From contig NMRA01000121.1 of assembly GCA_002633005.1 (NCBI GenBank), positions 346,434-410,433 of the forward strand: 64,000 nucleotides of DNA. Reading direction: 5' to 3'. The DNA comes from Phoronis australis. Lineage: Eukaryota > Animalia > Phoronida. The translations under genes were made by a program, and so were the position numbers. The notes under the pieces are model-generated. The model was not told the DNA's origin and did no database searches. It saw nothing but the letters and a program-made list of their open reading frames with translations. Positions 45,401 to 59,468 of this stretch are shown here, piece by piece (the stretch's first letter is position 1; each line of letters opens with the position of its first letter).

Positions 45401-48400
45401 ACGTGAGCCTAATGCTAATGGCGTGAAGTAAACTTTCTGCTACTCATCAAAATGGACTGTGTCCAGAAAATAAATAGTTTTGCAATCATGTTCCGTGCTT
45501 AATCCATATTAACGCTGAGTAGTTTATTCTTGGAAATCTAACGTCGAGCTGTCTAAAACATCCAGTAGGCTCGAATGTCCACGGCGTCGAGCACGTACTC
45601 GCGTGCGTGAACTAACTGGCAAAACTTTATGTGCGCTTCATCAATCTTCCCTTTCACGAAGGCATAAGTGTGAAGAAATAGATTTTACCTCTCAAAAATC
45701 CAATGTCAATAGATGGGCGGAGCCGATGAATTAATCAGCTAAATAGCAGATGTCCCCCGGGGATGTGATGATGTCTAGAGATAATTTCTAACACGTTGCG
45801 TTAATTACGTGAGGTCATAGAGTACAGAGTGACGAGTCTGAATTATTTACAAAATGTCAAATTAATTCCTTGATATACATGTGACACAGTTGGAAGCCTG
45901 TTACTTGTCTGATTTTGAAATCGTGACTTTAAATTCCTCTGTCAAAAGAAAAATAGTCAAGAAAAGAAGACACACTCAATAAATGTTGCCCTGGGCGAAG
46001 ATTGAGACTGTAATCTTCTGAAAAGAAGACATCTATTCTTTGTTTCCCTTTCTTGTAACACGATGCATCAATTTGTAGTCATAAGTGATTGTGCTTTGCA
46101 ACAGGACTACATCGACGACAGTCTCATTTGAGTTGATCCATGAACATTCAAGGTAGTTGAATGTACGAATATACACGCTTGTTTACATCTACTTTGGTTT
46201 AAATCTATGTTTTATTTTACAAAACACATACTAAGAATTGTACACCGGGCAAGTGAGTCATTTGTCGCTATTGTTCGTAGTACTGACAAAATCAGAACGC
46301 TTATGTTGGCTTTAAACAACATGTTAAATAATAATTCTACGTGTAAAGTCAGCTTGATTTAACGGGTGATGTTTTTGACTAATGATTAAATACGGACTAC
46401 ATGTTATCAGTAAAATTCCGTTGTGAGGATGTAAACTGATGATTGATAGACGCCATTGTATTTGTTGCATTAGAGACACGCGTTGGTAGACAAATTACAA
46501 GAAAAAACTGTTGACAACACGCGGATACATGATTAATTAGAGCGACCACACGCGGGGGTGCAGGTGACGAGGTACTACAAACATTAGCAAACGTGCATGA
46601 AGGTACCCCAAGTATGCCACACTTGCGGTCCCCAGAACTAATCTGCAGAAAAATGCCCAACAAAGAGATTCCCTGCTGAAGATATGATATTGGTTTACAT
46701 CTCAGAGAAGGTATTTGCCGATTTCAAAGGGCTCGCCGGCGAAATAATGATAATTGGGAAACACGGACTATTTTCATAAGATATGGATATCAGCGACCGA
46801 GTGCAACCGGCATGTGTTGCCTTAATCCGTATGACGTAGATTGTGTATGTGTGGTAAGGTTTACCCTCTTCACTAATGAGCTTTTTCCGAACCGCCCTAA
46901 GCCCGTTCGTATACTTCCATCTATTCAGTAACTAACAAATTTCCTAATTTTATAACATTCGTATTTCATAAAGCAGAAAAAGCTCGTAAATTGCATAGGC
47001 TGTCTAAATGCACGAAATTTCTATTCAGCGAAAAACGGGCAGTTGCGCAGCGCTAAGTAACACTTCAGTTAATAGACATTTTCCTATAAAAACACGTTGG
47101 TGTAAGATTTAGTTCTCAGAAAAAGATTGTTGGGCACGCTTTCGTGAATTCAGAAGGATGCACGTGTTAGAGGAGTGATCCGCCAACCGCCACACCAAGC
47201 AGCACGAACATTTCGATAACCGTTATATCTCAGTCTTAGGATTATACAACGAAGTGATACCCGGCCTAAAGGAGGACCATAGACGCCAGAAGTCGGTTCC
47301 ATAACTGAACCTTTGAGTTTAATTAGGATACCCAAAATGTCAGTCATAAGATGTGAAGAAGCGCAACTTATCAGTTACTAATTATACGATTCCTTTCAAA
47401 ACACGCGTAAGATGCAACGTTGAAATTACAACACTCGGTGCGGTGGATCTAAAATTAGAGAAAGGCGCTTTATAATGTGTCTACCAAATGTTTCTACGTT
47501 GAAGGTCGTTGTGGGCTGATTATTAACCGTCGTTTAACTGCCAGAAAGGAAAGCTAGTGGAATTTCGGTGTCAAAGATCAAACTGAAAGTCGATTAGGAA
47601 ATGAGGGTGAATATGCCATCACTCACGGTGTGAGAGACAGCCAAAGGCTTTGTATTGGTCACATATGAATTTACGCAATATTAATATTAAATCTTTAAGT
47701 TTTCATGGTACAAAATCCAATATTCGTTTTCAGCTTCTAAAAATAACACTGATAAAACAAGGTAACGCCTGCAATTCTTTTTATTTACTGAAGATTTGAA
47801 GTTTATCGCAAAATACTTTTCCATTTTCGTTCTTTGGCTAGCACTGTGCATTCTCAAACCTACTTACCCTGGCTGGTAATTTGATGTATCCGGTCATTGC
47901 CCAGCCAAAATTCGCCCTCCAAGTTTCCAAAGCCTTGTTTGTAATCGTCCCAGGTACGATAGAAATCTACAGATCCGTCTTTGCGACGCTGAATAACGGT
48001 CCACCCTAAAGAGGCAGGACACACAGTCAACAACATGATAAACAGACCAGTCACATTCAGAAGAAATACCGAAAAACCAAGGGACGCCTACAAAAACTTA
48101 AAACCTCAGTCATGCTGCCCGTATGTATTGTGTTTGAGAAGGGCATGCCAAATGACGTCGTATAGAGGTCGCAAGGCATTGTTTAACTTGTCATGACATA
48201 CATGAGACGGGCGTAAGCGCGTCGCATGGTTATCGCCTATGGGACACTACCATTGTTTTCCGTCAAGTTTGTTGCGACTTTGTTGGATATAACAATACAT
48301 GTCGCATGGATATCGCACCTTGGGCGCACATCAGCCGGTAACCGATAAATGCTTACCAATAACTTTTTTTATAAGTTTGAAAAAACAAAGTGAACAATGG

Positions 48401-51400
48401 ATACGCCAATCTATCGATCTCTATGAGACGAGCTTGAGATTTAGTTTCCCCGTGGTATTGTAGCGTAGCTTAGTTTACAATAAATTTGATTTTCCACACC
48501 CAAGAAATTACTTTCCGGACTTCTGCAATTCTAATTGTGCGTTTTAATCCAGCTTGCCACTATTCTAATTGCTTTTCCAATGATACGCCACAAGCCCTTC
48601 AAAACGTTACCCAACTGCTGAACAAACAAATTTAATGCAAAATATACATTTTAGCAGAGGCTTGTTGGCTCTTGTCCAGTTATTATCTGATAACTTTATA
48701 GTTAAATAATTGATTTCAAAGACATGTTTACCACACTGCTTAGAGTTGATTGGAGGTGTTTACAAATTCTTGATAACTTCGAGGACAATCGCCGCAAATT
48801 TAGCTCAAAGACACTGAGATATCTCAAGTAGTTGGGTAAGGATTAAAAATGTATCCGCAGCAAACTTGAGTAAGGAATAGTGGTATACATGTTCCACTCT
48901 AGTTCGCTATTACTTAAAGAGGCCATCCCCATTGCGTCACGTTTTTTTCGTTGTTTATTCTACTTACCGTCGTGAAATTTGTATCAATTTGTTACCTAGT
49001 CAAAACAGGTGTGATTTCTGGCCAAAGAAGTAACAGTTGGTTATCGCTTGATGCCAGCCTGTTCACATTGCCTTGGTAACGATTGATTTGTATTAACTGA
49101 GCATGGTGGTCCACAGGAATAACGAACTACTTTGCAAGACCAAAAGCAACTTCTCGCCTGACTAAGGAACAAATTGAGACCAATTTATAGCGGGAAGTGA
49201 TATCAACCAAATTCAGTTTATTGCTCCTTCAATTTTACGTTTTCGAAATTGCTTGCACAAATGGAGATTTCCTCTTTAATCGCTTCTGTATTTGACAGGA
49301 GAATCACAAACTTTTAAGTTTCTTATTCACGTGCAGCAGCACTGAAACCATTCCTAACACCATAGAAAACGATGTCTACATCCAAACAGACCATTCACGA
49401 CACAGGTAAAAATGAAAGAATTTGTAAAGCTTGTAACACCCATGAAATTGAAAGAGATACACTTTGTATTTGATTGTCCTGTCCTTGCAGACCTACGGAA
49501 ATATCTGTAACCGCAATGAATTGTTAGAAATAGAAACATTAATGCACTCTTTGGTTCAGATTCTATATATGTTTTAAGAAATACAGCATCCTTCATTCAA
49601 AAAGCAATGGCAATTAGGAGAGAAATTTGTAATACTGTTTGTAATACTGTAGGCCACTGGCCCTATGAATTTTGAAATGAACGTTTTGATTGTTTGTTTG
49701 AGAATGAAAAAACACGTAGTTTAAAAAGACACCCAATGCGCTAGGTTTGACAAACCCTTCCAAATTCGAGACGCTGTTAATGACTGGAAATCAGTTTGCG
49801 AGAGTTTGTCGGACTGTTACATGATTTTCATGTTTAGACTAATGTAGAAGGGAAATGACCATTGAAAACGCGTCGAGAATATATTTTCACAGAGTTGACC
49901 CAGTCGAAACTTTACTCGGTTGCGCAATAAAATCACTACAACAGAGTGGTTAAACCATCCGCATTGAAACTTTATCTACGCTGTTGTACAAAAAATCGAA
50001 CGCTGAAAAATTAATTGTGGCAGCCAGGTTGGTCTGCAAGCGAAAGTATGTTCGTGGGTGTTCCACGGACAAACGGTTTCAATTATGGTTTGCAGATAAC
50101 AATTGTGACTGTTGAAACAACAATAGACACGGGCAGTGCAAGCCTGGATTTTGGTTAGGAAAACCACGAGAAAAACAAGAATAGGGATTTAGTATCGGAA
50201 CTAGCGAACAACGCGCTCTTATAGTCTTAGCAGGATTGTTGACTTTCGAAGCAACGTTTTGTCTGCCCAATGATAACATAACGGCAAGTATCGATAATGG
50301 AAAAGGTACGATTTTGAATAATCTTAAAAACCTTTTCTTCGATAAAATCACTGAGTTATCAGACGCGTAACAGGAATTATCTCGACACCCTTCGATCGTG
50401 ATACTTCCAACCGTGCCATCTATTATTTTCTTAACGTTGATGGACCTCCCCTAATGAACCTCTTACCCGGGGTCATCTAGTAGATCCAATATGGCACCCC
50501 GGCGGACATGTGCAACAGTCAGTTTGGAAGCCATCACCAATCGTAGATGTCCATGTTTGTATCGGCGTATCTAAGATGTCGCAAAGTGGACCTAACCACA
50601 ATTCTCGAACGAAAATGTTGTCTAATTCCTAAAGATAGCAGGGTGGCGTTTTTTAGTGGTATCTATTGTACCCTTATAAGCACCCGTGAAATGGGACGGG
50701 AAATACGATAACTAATGTAGAAAAGGCAAAAAATGAACAGCCGCAGTTAAAAAAACATGAACAAACGAATGTCATCACGTGTGTCAAAAATCGGGACACC
50801 CCGATGCTATTGCGGGACGGGGCTAAATTAACTCAGGATCTCACAGGTAGTGTAATGCAAGAACTGCCTGTTTCCAAGCTCTGTGCCCACTGCCAGCTTA
50901 TAGGCGATTGGGTATGTTTTGGTAGTGTGTAACGCGCATTCAAAAAGTCGGACTACTTTCGTATTTTTATAAAAAATTTACCAAAAAATTGGCTGCGTTA
51001 GCATTTACTGTTCATACAACTGTACACACAGAACTGGTGTTTTTACTTGTTTTTCTCAAGCGAAGTATGTCTTTGCTTCTCGAATGAATTTGTCAGGTGA
51101 CGTGTTTCTGCTCGTTTAGCAAAGTGATTTTGTCAATGATAGAAAGGGAAGCCTAATAAAAACAAGAGAAGGGTAAAGAGCCAAATTCACTTCCAGTCAA
51201 AGTAAATGTTTGTTCAACAAGGTACACGTTATGGCTACACGTCTATGTGTTGCGGGAAAAGTAGTCAACAACAGAACTCTTCAAATTCACTGTTGATTGA
51301 GTGGTTTGACGCGGTCATTAACTAATTTGTGATATCCTTTACAACAAAATCGGGTTGCAACCGGCTCCTGTTGTTTCGTGGCCCCAGACGGCAAACTGTG

Positions 51401-54400
51401 TGGGCCGCGTAGAGTGGGTGTTTATTTCAACATGGTAAACACTATCCTATTTTGGTTCCAATAAGAGAATTAGTCGTGAGTTATGTCTATTGGCAGCACC
51501 ACAGCGATAGCTGGTAGGGTCATTGTTCTGCAAAGTTAACTTGATTTGTTTTAAACAAAACTGTGGCAAAGCAAACCTGTAGTTTCAGGGGTCATGTGTC
51601 CTCGTATGTTACAAGCTAAAATATTTCTCGAAATAGTGCTGCGAGCCTAGAGGTAATGCAGTTGACGTCAGCAAAACGCTAACTTCAGTCAGACCCACTA
51701 GCGAATTGAGATCTCATCTTCATAAAACTTGAAGATACAAGAAACTAAACGAATGCATGATTACATTGTTTGAATTTAGGCTGCCGTGACGCAATGGTCA
51801 TGGAACAGTATTGCGTTGTAGGTACACACACACGGTTAAATTGGTGTTTAATATTCCATGGCCAAAACACGGTAATCGAAACGTAATACATCCCACGAAT
51901 CATAATGTATACATTGCTTTCAGAAAATAGTTGTACCTGATTTGTCGTCCACTTTGCAGGCAACCTTGAAGGGCCTCGTTGCTGACCGCGGCTCAATCAT
52001 TATGTAAAAATTTCCTGGATAACGCATCCTACCGACTTCAAACACCTCACTGCAATCTGAAAACAAAACGGAGTGAGCTGTATTGGGGACATTTTAGTAC
52101 TAATTAGAGGAAAACCTCGCCTGAAAAAAAAGATAAAAGCATAAAACCAAAAGCTGCTCCGCCCGTTTCAATAAACGGCTGAAAGCTCATTACGCTATTA
52201 CAAAGCTAACTTTCGTTTCAGACCATTTTCCGTTACGAAATTAGTCTCTAATCGTTCCGCAGCCAAATTAGAGGCGAGTTCTAAGCTTGGAAACCGGCTC
52301 ACAGTTTTGGCGTGAACCAAGCTCTACGAGATGTTGGCTTGACACGGAGACCATTTTAGGCACCGAGAAACTACCATTTTCCAAGCCCAGAAACCCCACT
52401 TGTCACCTGTGTTAGGGACGCGTTGAGACCAGTTTTATAGCGGTAAATAGTTTAACTCAAAAGTCAGTTACTTTGTTGAAGCGTGGGCATATAACGGTTT
52501 TAAATTGATAAAAGAAGCCTGTAAAATCGTATGCGAAAGGGTGAATCCAGGAGAGACGGTCGACACTTTGCTATGTAACTAAAACAGTGCCTTGGAGCAT
52601 CCCCATGCCTTCCTCACAACGTGACGGGTGATAATCTCGATGTCAAACGAACGTCGGCATCAAGATACAGACTTCTTTGAAATTGTAAAGGAGTACAATT
52701 TGCATAAAATGTGATAAAAACAATGAAATGTGTACGAATGCTCCAGGAATTATTGGAACATTAACATGTCACGTGAGGGGTGGATCTTCGATATCAAAAC
52801 TTGGGTGTGTTGAATGTTGAATGTTTCCTGTTTTCAAGGACGCAGATTTTGAAGTGTGCGTCTTCTGGTTTTTCCCGGGTGCAAACAAGTCGGTTTGCAA
52901 AACGCAGTGCCAATATGCTTGTTTAATTTTCTTTGAAGTGACAAATAGAAACGTGTCACATGTAAATGATGGACGTGTTTCTGTAATCGCATCCAGAACA
53001 TATCTCATCTCGACGAACTTTTGCAGAAACACAGCGGGAAAGCAATTTATTTGCAATTGGGATCAAGGATTCATCCTTCCTGCAGTTTACTGCAGGTTTT
53101 AGCGGTTAGTTACTTCCGACAATCTCTTTAACATTTGCTGTTCAGACATCACAGCAAGGGCCGATGATAAGAAGTTCTTTCGTTTACACCGCCGTTCTTA
53201 TCTGCTGCTTTCGCGGCATGTAATCCGTGAAGTCCGCTCCGACCACGTGCGGTAAGGGAATCTTCACTAGCTGCGAGGAATGTTTTTATTGGAACAACTC
53301 AATATTTCTGAACATGCAGAAAGCAGTTGTAAAGTCTATTGAGCTATTAAGGTACCAATCGCATTTTAATATCTAATTCCGTTCCATGCCCGCACCCAGG
53401 GGGGGGGGGGGGGGAGGCCNGAGGGCTCGGGGGTTCGAACGAGCACCCCCATTTGGCGTAGTGAGCAAAAAGATCCGCCTCAGAGAAACAAAAAGTCCGA
53501 GAAAACGAGACAAAAGTCCAATGAAAAGGCACAGACGCACAGTGAAGGTGGTACCCCGTTTTTTTTAGTCCCTCCGCTTTTTTGTCAGCGAAAGGTCCAC
53601 ATCGCCAGAAATTCGAGCCCCCATATTAAAGGCTGGGTGCGCACATGCGTTCTACGAAATAAATGTTTGGAGGCATGCAAAAATTTCCCGTCCACACGAA
53701 ACAGGCCGAACTGATATCTAGACTAGTTTGAACAACGCAAATGAAATAACCCATACTGGATGGGCTAAACGATATTATCTGTATCAAGGTCTTGAAGCAA
53801 ACGTCTTGGTGACAGTGTAACAAGGGTACGCAAGTAACGAATTTAGAAGTAACCGAAAATGGCCAGCTCCTTAAAAACCGTAATTTAAATCAGTCGCAGA
53901 AAGGCGTTGTCTAAAATCTTAGTTTTCTTGTTTGACTTGACATCCGATTTTTACGACATCGAGTATAATTTTAGGCATAACTGCTTTTTAATTCAATGTC
54001 AGAGCCCTAATTAATTCATGCCGACTAACTTGTTTAAGTGATATTTGATATAGTATACCAGCATACTTTCCAAGTTGTACGAAATATTTAATTGATTAAG
54101 CTTAGTGTTGAAACATAGATATCTACGTCCTCCACGTGCCACTAAAACAAACTTAGGAATAAATGATATGCTGTCACGAATTCTTGATAATAAAATGTTG
54201 CGTAATGCAGCGCACATAAAAACAATGATAAAACTTATAAACCAACCACTGAACCAAATGGTTATTGGTTGCAACACTTAAATCAAGTTCTCATTAAAAA
54301 TTTGTCTGTTTTAAAATGAAAGACGAGGCAAGTAAACGAGGTTAATTGCCTACGTCTTACCGTAGGCAGAGAAAACATCCTGTTCAGGAAAACATAAATT

Positions 54401-57400
54401 TCCAACTGTCTTACTACGTCTTTCGTATTTAGTTCTTCAAAATTTGGCTGACAGTAAATCGGATTACTTCAGAAAGCTGACACGAGCAGAAACATAAAAA
54501 TTTTGAACGACGGTTACGCTAATTTTGCACCGCATAACGAGAAACCTTGCCGAGACACCCTCGTTATACTAAATTTCGTTTAGAGAGCAATTTCGCTGGC
54601 GGGCAAAAACGCATTAAAAGCACCAAACCTAAAGAGAACAGTAAACTAAACATATTTGCCCCCAGAGAAAATACAACTTGGACCTCATTGGATTTAATTT
54701 TCAATGTATACTTTATAATTACAAGACCATGAATGTTGGCACATACTAAAAACGAAAGCATCATGCTACGAATATATCGGTTACTCATCTGTTTCTCATA
54801 AGCCATGCACAATCGAATTTGCTTAACGATGAATCTATTCCATCCCTCAAAACAGTACTATGAGATATCACTTAAAGTAATTTAGCACAGACAGGTGTAC
54901 CACGACAACAAACAAGTATGCCAAATAGGTCGCGGAAAGATGTTAGATGCTTAACATTTCCAATTGTCCTGCCAAACCTTGGTTGTATGATCGCTGGCCA
55001 CAGTCACATCATTCAAGACGTCTACACCGTATAAATATTTTAAAACGCTGAACATGCAAAAAGAAAAAAACACTGCCCGAACAACATAAACACAGTTCCC
55101 CATCACAGTTTCTTAAGTGCATTAGTACTATGATAGTATCTCTGTAACCTCAAACACGGTAATAAAACAACACTTATCGACAACACCAAATTACTAATCA
55201 CTAGGTAACTTGTGAGGACGACTTGTTGACAAGAAAATAACACCTTATCAGTGTAATTTCTAGTGCTAAGATCAACGACTTGACCCTGTGGTATGCTAAA
55301 TAGCAACGATGTATTAAAAACACTGTTGCTTGGAAATTTAATGGACATTGATTCTAATTCTTAATGCGTTCACGCTAAACAACCCTTTTCTGTGTCTGCT
55401 CTCTTGGAATTATTGTGGTGATGGTTCTCAGGGATTTTGAAAAATTGTTTATTGATTTATTGGAAATATTTGAGGCAAAATGAAAGTCATACAACCAACG
55501 GGTACAAATCTATTGCTTTAGGAACAGCTAAGTCAGACCAACCACTAAAGCTATCATAATTAGGAATCAATAAAATACAATCGTTGTTTGCAAACCAAGT
55601 TTTTTGTTATTATCAAAAATATCACATGACCTACCCTTTTGACCTTACACACGCAAAACAACGCGTCTCTGGCCAGGAACCACATCAATTCCAGTTAATC
55701 AGAATGTTTTTTGGAGGAAAAATTCGAACAGAGTTACTGCTTGGCACATTGACTGACGGTTTTTATGTTTTATATAAAAAACTGTTCAACTGGAATTCAC
55801 CATCGATTTTCACGAGAACCAAAGAGACGTTATCGGCGAGAAAAACTATTGAGCGCGAAGATTCGAACCTGCGTTCGCAACCTAACCCTCTGTTGGCGCA
55901 TCTCTATTCCACTCGATAAATAGCTAAATATTTCAATTGCAAAACTCGTAAAATCACCGGCCTTGATTTCTGCGAATGTCTGGAAGGCGATTTGTAATAA
56001 ATCACAAAAACATATCGGAATTTCTTAGTTTTATAGACCCGGTCAAAGGCAGCTAACAACTTCGAGAAGTCTATTCCATTCAACAATAATCCGAAAAAAA
56101 TGCGTCTTTAACTTCAAAACTGACACTGTTCATATAGGCTGCACAACGTTCCTCTCTCTACGCTAGTAGAATATCTTACTGGACATTTCATTGCCAAAGC
56201 AGCGCCCGTTTCATGATTCCATTCGTATTTATCTTATTTATTGATTTTTGTAATGTTTTTGTTTAATATTTTTTTCTGTTAATATCGCTACTTATTGTGT
56301 ACTTTATTATACGTGTTTGTATGTTTTGCTTGTTAATGTTACGCTATGGGACCATCACGGAAATATGTGTCTCACGTGCTGTCTTGGTAGCACACATTTT
56401 ATTTTTCTCATACATTACCATATTAGTTATTCATTTGTTTATCGTGTCTCAGTTATCATTAGGATACCGTCTTCAGCGATTTTGCGCTGTCCATGCGGTC
56501 GATTAGCCAATGACCTCGCCTTTAATTGACAACTCAAAAGCGCACGGGCAGACTAGAGTAAAGTAATTCGTCGATATAACATATTGATAGACCGCCGGAA
56601 AGGGATCAATGAATACTCGAGACAACCATATGGGAACACTTGCTACTTGGGGGTGGTTATCTCCGACAAACATGTTCACGCAAAGTTCATAGTGGCGACG
56701 TGTTGCCCAGAATATCCTTATTTCTCATCATAGAAGGAGCCTACGGACTGAGAAAATTAAACACATTTTCCTTGTATCTTCCACAGATTGCAAATTGTAT
56801 TGATTGTTAAACGGGTGCTTATTCAACCATGACAAACGTGACTGGTACTAAGAGAAAACGACCGGCTGAAGCATCCACCTGACCAATGAAACACAAGTCG
56901 TGCGACAGACAGCAACGTTTCAGCGCCACTTGTTTCGAGTGTTACAACTCCTTAGAACGTACTGAGAAGAAATTTTCGACAAGGGATCTCTTCAACAGCT
57001 GTTCACTGTCTGCATACACACGCAGTGTTGATTATTGATAGATACCCAAGAGCAACCTACTGTCATCACTATTGCATTTAATGGGGGCAAGGACTCTTTT
57101 GCTGTTGGTCATTGTGTACGAGTTTTTGTCTTTTCCTCGTGGATATCTTCGTCATAATCCCACTTGTATCCTACTAGGAGCCCTCAGTGGCGACTTCACA
57201 GCACTTAAAATAAATATACATGTATACGAGTGGTTGATTTCCGTATATTTTGGTTATCGAACATTTTATGAACGCAGAGGATTAACTCCGCCATATCGTC
57301 TCGACAAGACATATGTTCATCGGTGGCGAGTAACCAGGAGACCAACTGTTCGCCAAATTCAATTTTACATCACTAAAACCAGCAGTGTGTTGCGTTTCAT

Positions 57401-59365
57401 TTTCTCCCAAACTATCACCTAATAAGTACAATTCTTAATCATCAATACCTTTCGCGGATGAGTAGTACTTTAATTTTCTTGACAATGACAACCTTATTCC
57501 CTCGACAATTATGAAAGAAGTTGAACTGTTTGGACATACAGATTGGTAACGGCGATTTTGTATTTTTTGCGTTTTGAAAACACGTTGTCGCTAACCCCAT
57601 TTTGGATAGTCTTGAATATTTGTATCATTTGATTTTACAAATAAAGCTATTATACTGGTCTGTTTTTCATTACGGATGTCTGGAAATGGTAACAGGATTA
57701 ATATTATTTGCGCATAGTTGGATTGTCTCACCGAACCGTCTGACCAACAGGCCCACGTGAGCAGTTGGACGTCTCACCGAGTCGTCTGACAGTTGGAAGT
57801 CTCACCGAACTGTCTGTCATACAAACTCACGTGAGCAGTTGGGAATCTCACCGTCAGTCGTTTGACATACACCAAAAGAAGCATGCAAAGGACACGATAA
57901 AACAATTATCGCTGATGGATGTGTGCTAAAGAGCATTTGTCATTTTCCAGATATGCATTTTCCAGCTTCACTACTGCATCTGACAGTGCAAGTGCGCAAG
58001 GGAGAATAAAGATGTCACAAATTTACAAAAAAATCAAAAGAAAAAGACAGATGCGCGCACATAAACTTAAATGAGATACTGAAAAATGACTTTCCGAAAG
58101 GTTTAGGAATTTTGCCACGTCAATCAAAACGGGTGTGTTGTGTTAGAATTCAAAGTAACCCCTGTGTTCTTTTTCAAATGAACAAATATTGGCTTACATC
58201 GGTGACGTCACACGAACGTGTTGCCCTTGTGAGGAATGGGAACGAAAACACGGGTCATTTACAAGACGGTGTTTATTGCTAAACAAATGTGACAGATTCA
58301 CTGACTATACATAATGCCAGACAGACATGTTCTCTTTTTGCTCGCTTTTCTCGTGTTTTGAGTGGTCCCAACAAGTTGTAATGCCTTGTAAAGGTCGGCA
58401 ATGTACAAGTGTTGCATTACGGAACTTAACACATGATATCAGTAATTGTAAACTCATGATGGTTGATTTGTCACAAAACTGACTTTCGCGAAATACACTT
58501 TGTAACTAAGTGTGTCCAGTTTAAAACCTCAAGCAAATGTTTTGCAAAAGACACTGTCTCGCAATGACCGAATTGTCTGCCATTCGCAACAAAAGGAAAA
58601 TGTCACGAATGCATTTTTGAAAAATGTCCGTTCTCACCTCGTTATTGTCATTTTCTATAAAACTACCAAGACGTTGAAATAGCACTTTGTAGACAAAATC
58701 GCAGTATATAGTTGTACATATGTCTCAGCGGCAAAATAATTTCAGTGTCAATACCAAGCGTATTGGGCGACAAACTATGACAATAATAAATAGAACAAGT
58801 GAGGCGAGTTGCCAAAACAATGGATTCTTTGTAACCTACCTTGCGGATAGTCTCTGGATACTTCTGGACGGGGTGTAGTATTGACGGTGATTTCTGGCTT
58901 CACAGTGGGGAGCATGGCTGATAAAGATTTCCCAGCAAGTTCTCGAAACAGGGCTCGCAGTTCGGTAACATCACCTCGCGTTCTGCTGAAATCCAAATTT
59001 AGATTTTCAAGTCGTCTCTGTAGAGAGCGAACATCGTCCTCTCGTTTCCTCGACAACATTTTTTCATTTTTCAAGTCACTTTTTAATGCTTTAAACTGAG
59101 CCGTTAATGAATTGAGCTGCTGATCTCTGTAGCGATTCTTCTGTCGTTGCTCATACAAACCATGAGTAATTTTGCTTGCAAGTTCCCGTATTTTGTCTTT
59201 CACGATTGCCTCGATTAAAGATTCGTTGTCTTTCTGCGAAGTTGACTTAGACACAGTGCTTGAATTTTCTGTTATTGTGTCTTTCTTTCCCCAGTCAAAA
59301 ACAACGCCATGACAAATATTCGCGCACACTGCCCAGAAGGCAACGAATACAAAGCAGGTGTTCAT
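42001..59365 (-). CDS. Secreted fibrinogen C-terminal domain (FReD) protein with signal peptide and coiled coil (angiopoietin/ANGPTL-like architecture), 4 exons, 403 aa
   Basis: Exons 59365-58840, 52056-51937, 48005-47868, 42428-42001, all phase 1, 1212 nt. Hydrophobic N-terminus [20 protein letters not shown]; heptad-rich helix; FReD motifs [66 protein letters not shown]. Confidence 0.93.
47868..48005 (-). CDS. FReD gene exon 3
   Basis: [46 protein letters not shown]. Confidence 0.96.
49370..49690 (+). mobile_element. Non-LTR retrotransposon 3' end fragment
   Basis: [31 protein letters not shown] zinc knuckle with a frameshift, followed by a short 3' UTR-like tail. Confidence 0.7.
51937..52056 (-). 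CDS. FReD gene exon 2
   Basis: [40 protein letters not shown]; TTTTCAG| acceptor, G|GTAC donor; this frame is absent from the ORF track. Confidence 0.9.
53385..53647. mobile_element. MITE with 15-bp TIR and 5-bp target-site duplication
   Basis: CATGCCCGCACCCAG / CTGGGTGCGCACATG; CGTTC on both sides (53380-53384, 53648-53652); contains an N after a G run. Confidence 0.75.
57716..57870. repeat. Nested short repeat (4 x AGTTGGnnnTCTCACCG, ~75-bp dimer)
   Basis: Copies start at about 57716, 57763, 57791 and 57837; CACGTGAGCAGTTGG occurs twice. Confidence 0.75.
58840..59365 (-). CDS. FReD gene exon 1 (signal peptide + coiled coil)
   Basis: ATG at 59365; ends RDYPQ G|GTAGG. Confidence 0.88.
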
Positions 59366-59434
59366 TTTGCTGCAACGCAAGTCAATAGTACCGAATCTTT
59401 CCACAGTCGCTTTCAGATTTTGCGCTAAACAGCT

Positions 59435-59468
59435 GAATGAACTGCAGGCGTTTGCGACGCTGTATATA
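59435..59468 (-). promoter_or_regulatory. TATA + initiator core promoter of FReD gene (TSS ~59438)
   Basis: On the minus strand TATATA (59468-59463) starts 30 nt upstream of the A in an Inr-like TCATTC (59440-59435), 73 nt before the ATG. Confidence 0.6.

Noticed and set aside
45766-45841. C/D box snoRNA candidate (GTGATGA..CTGA)
   Set aside because: Antisense to the host intron, no terminal stem, no recognisable rRNA guide
55845-55905. tRNA gene (GGTTCGAATC B-box on minus strand)
   Set aside because: No cloverleaf or acceptor stem can be built; at most a SINE remnant
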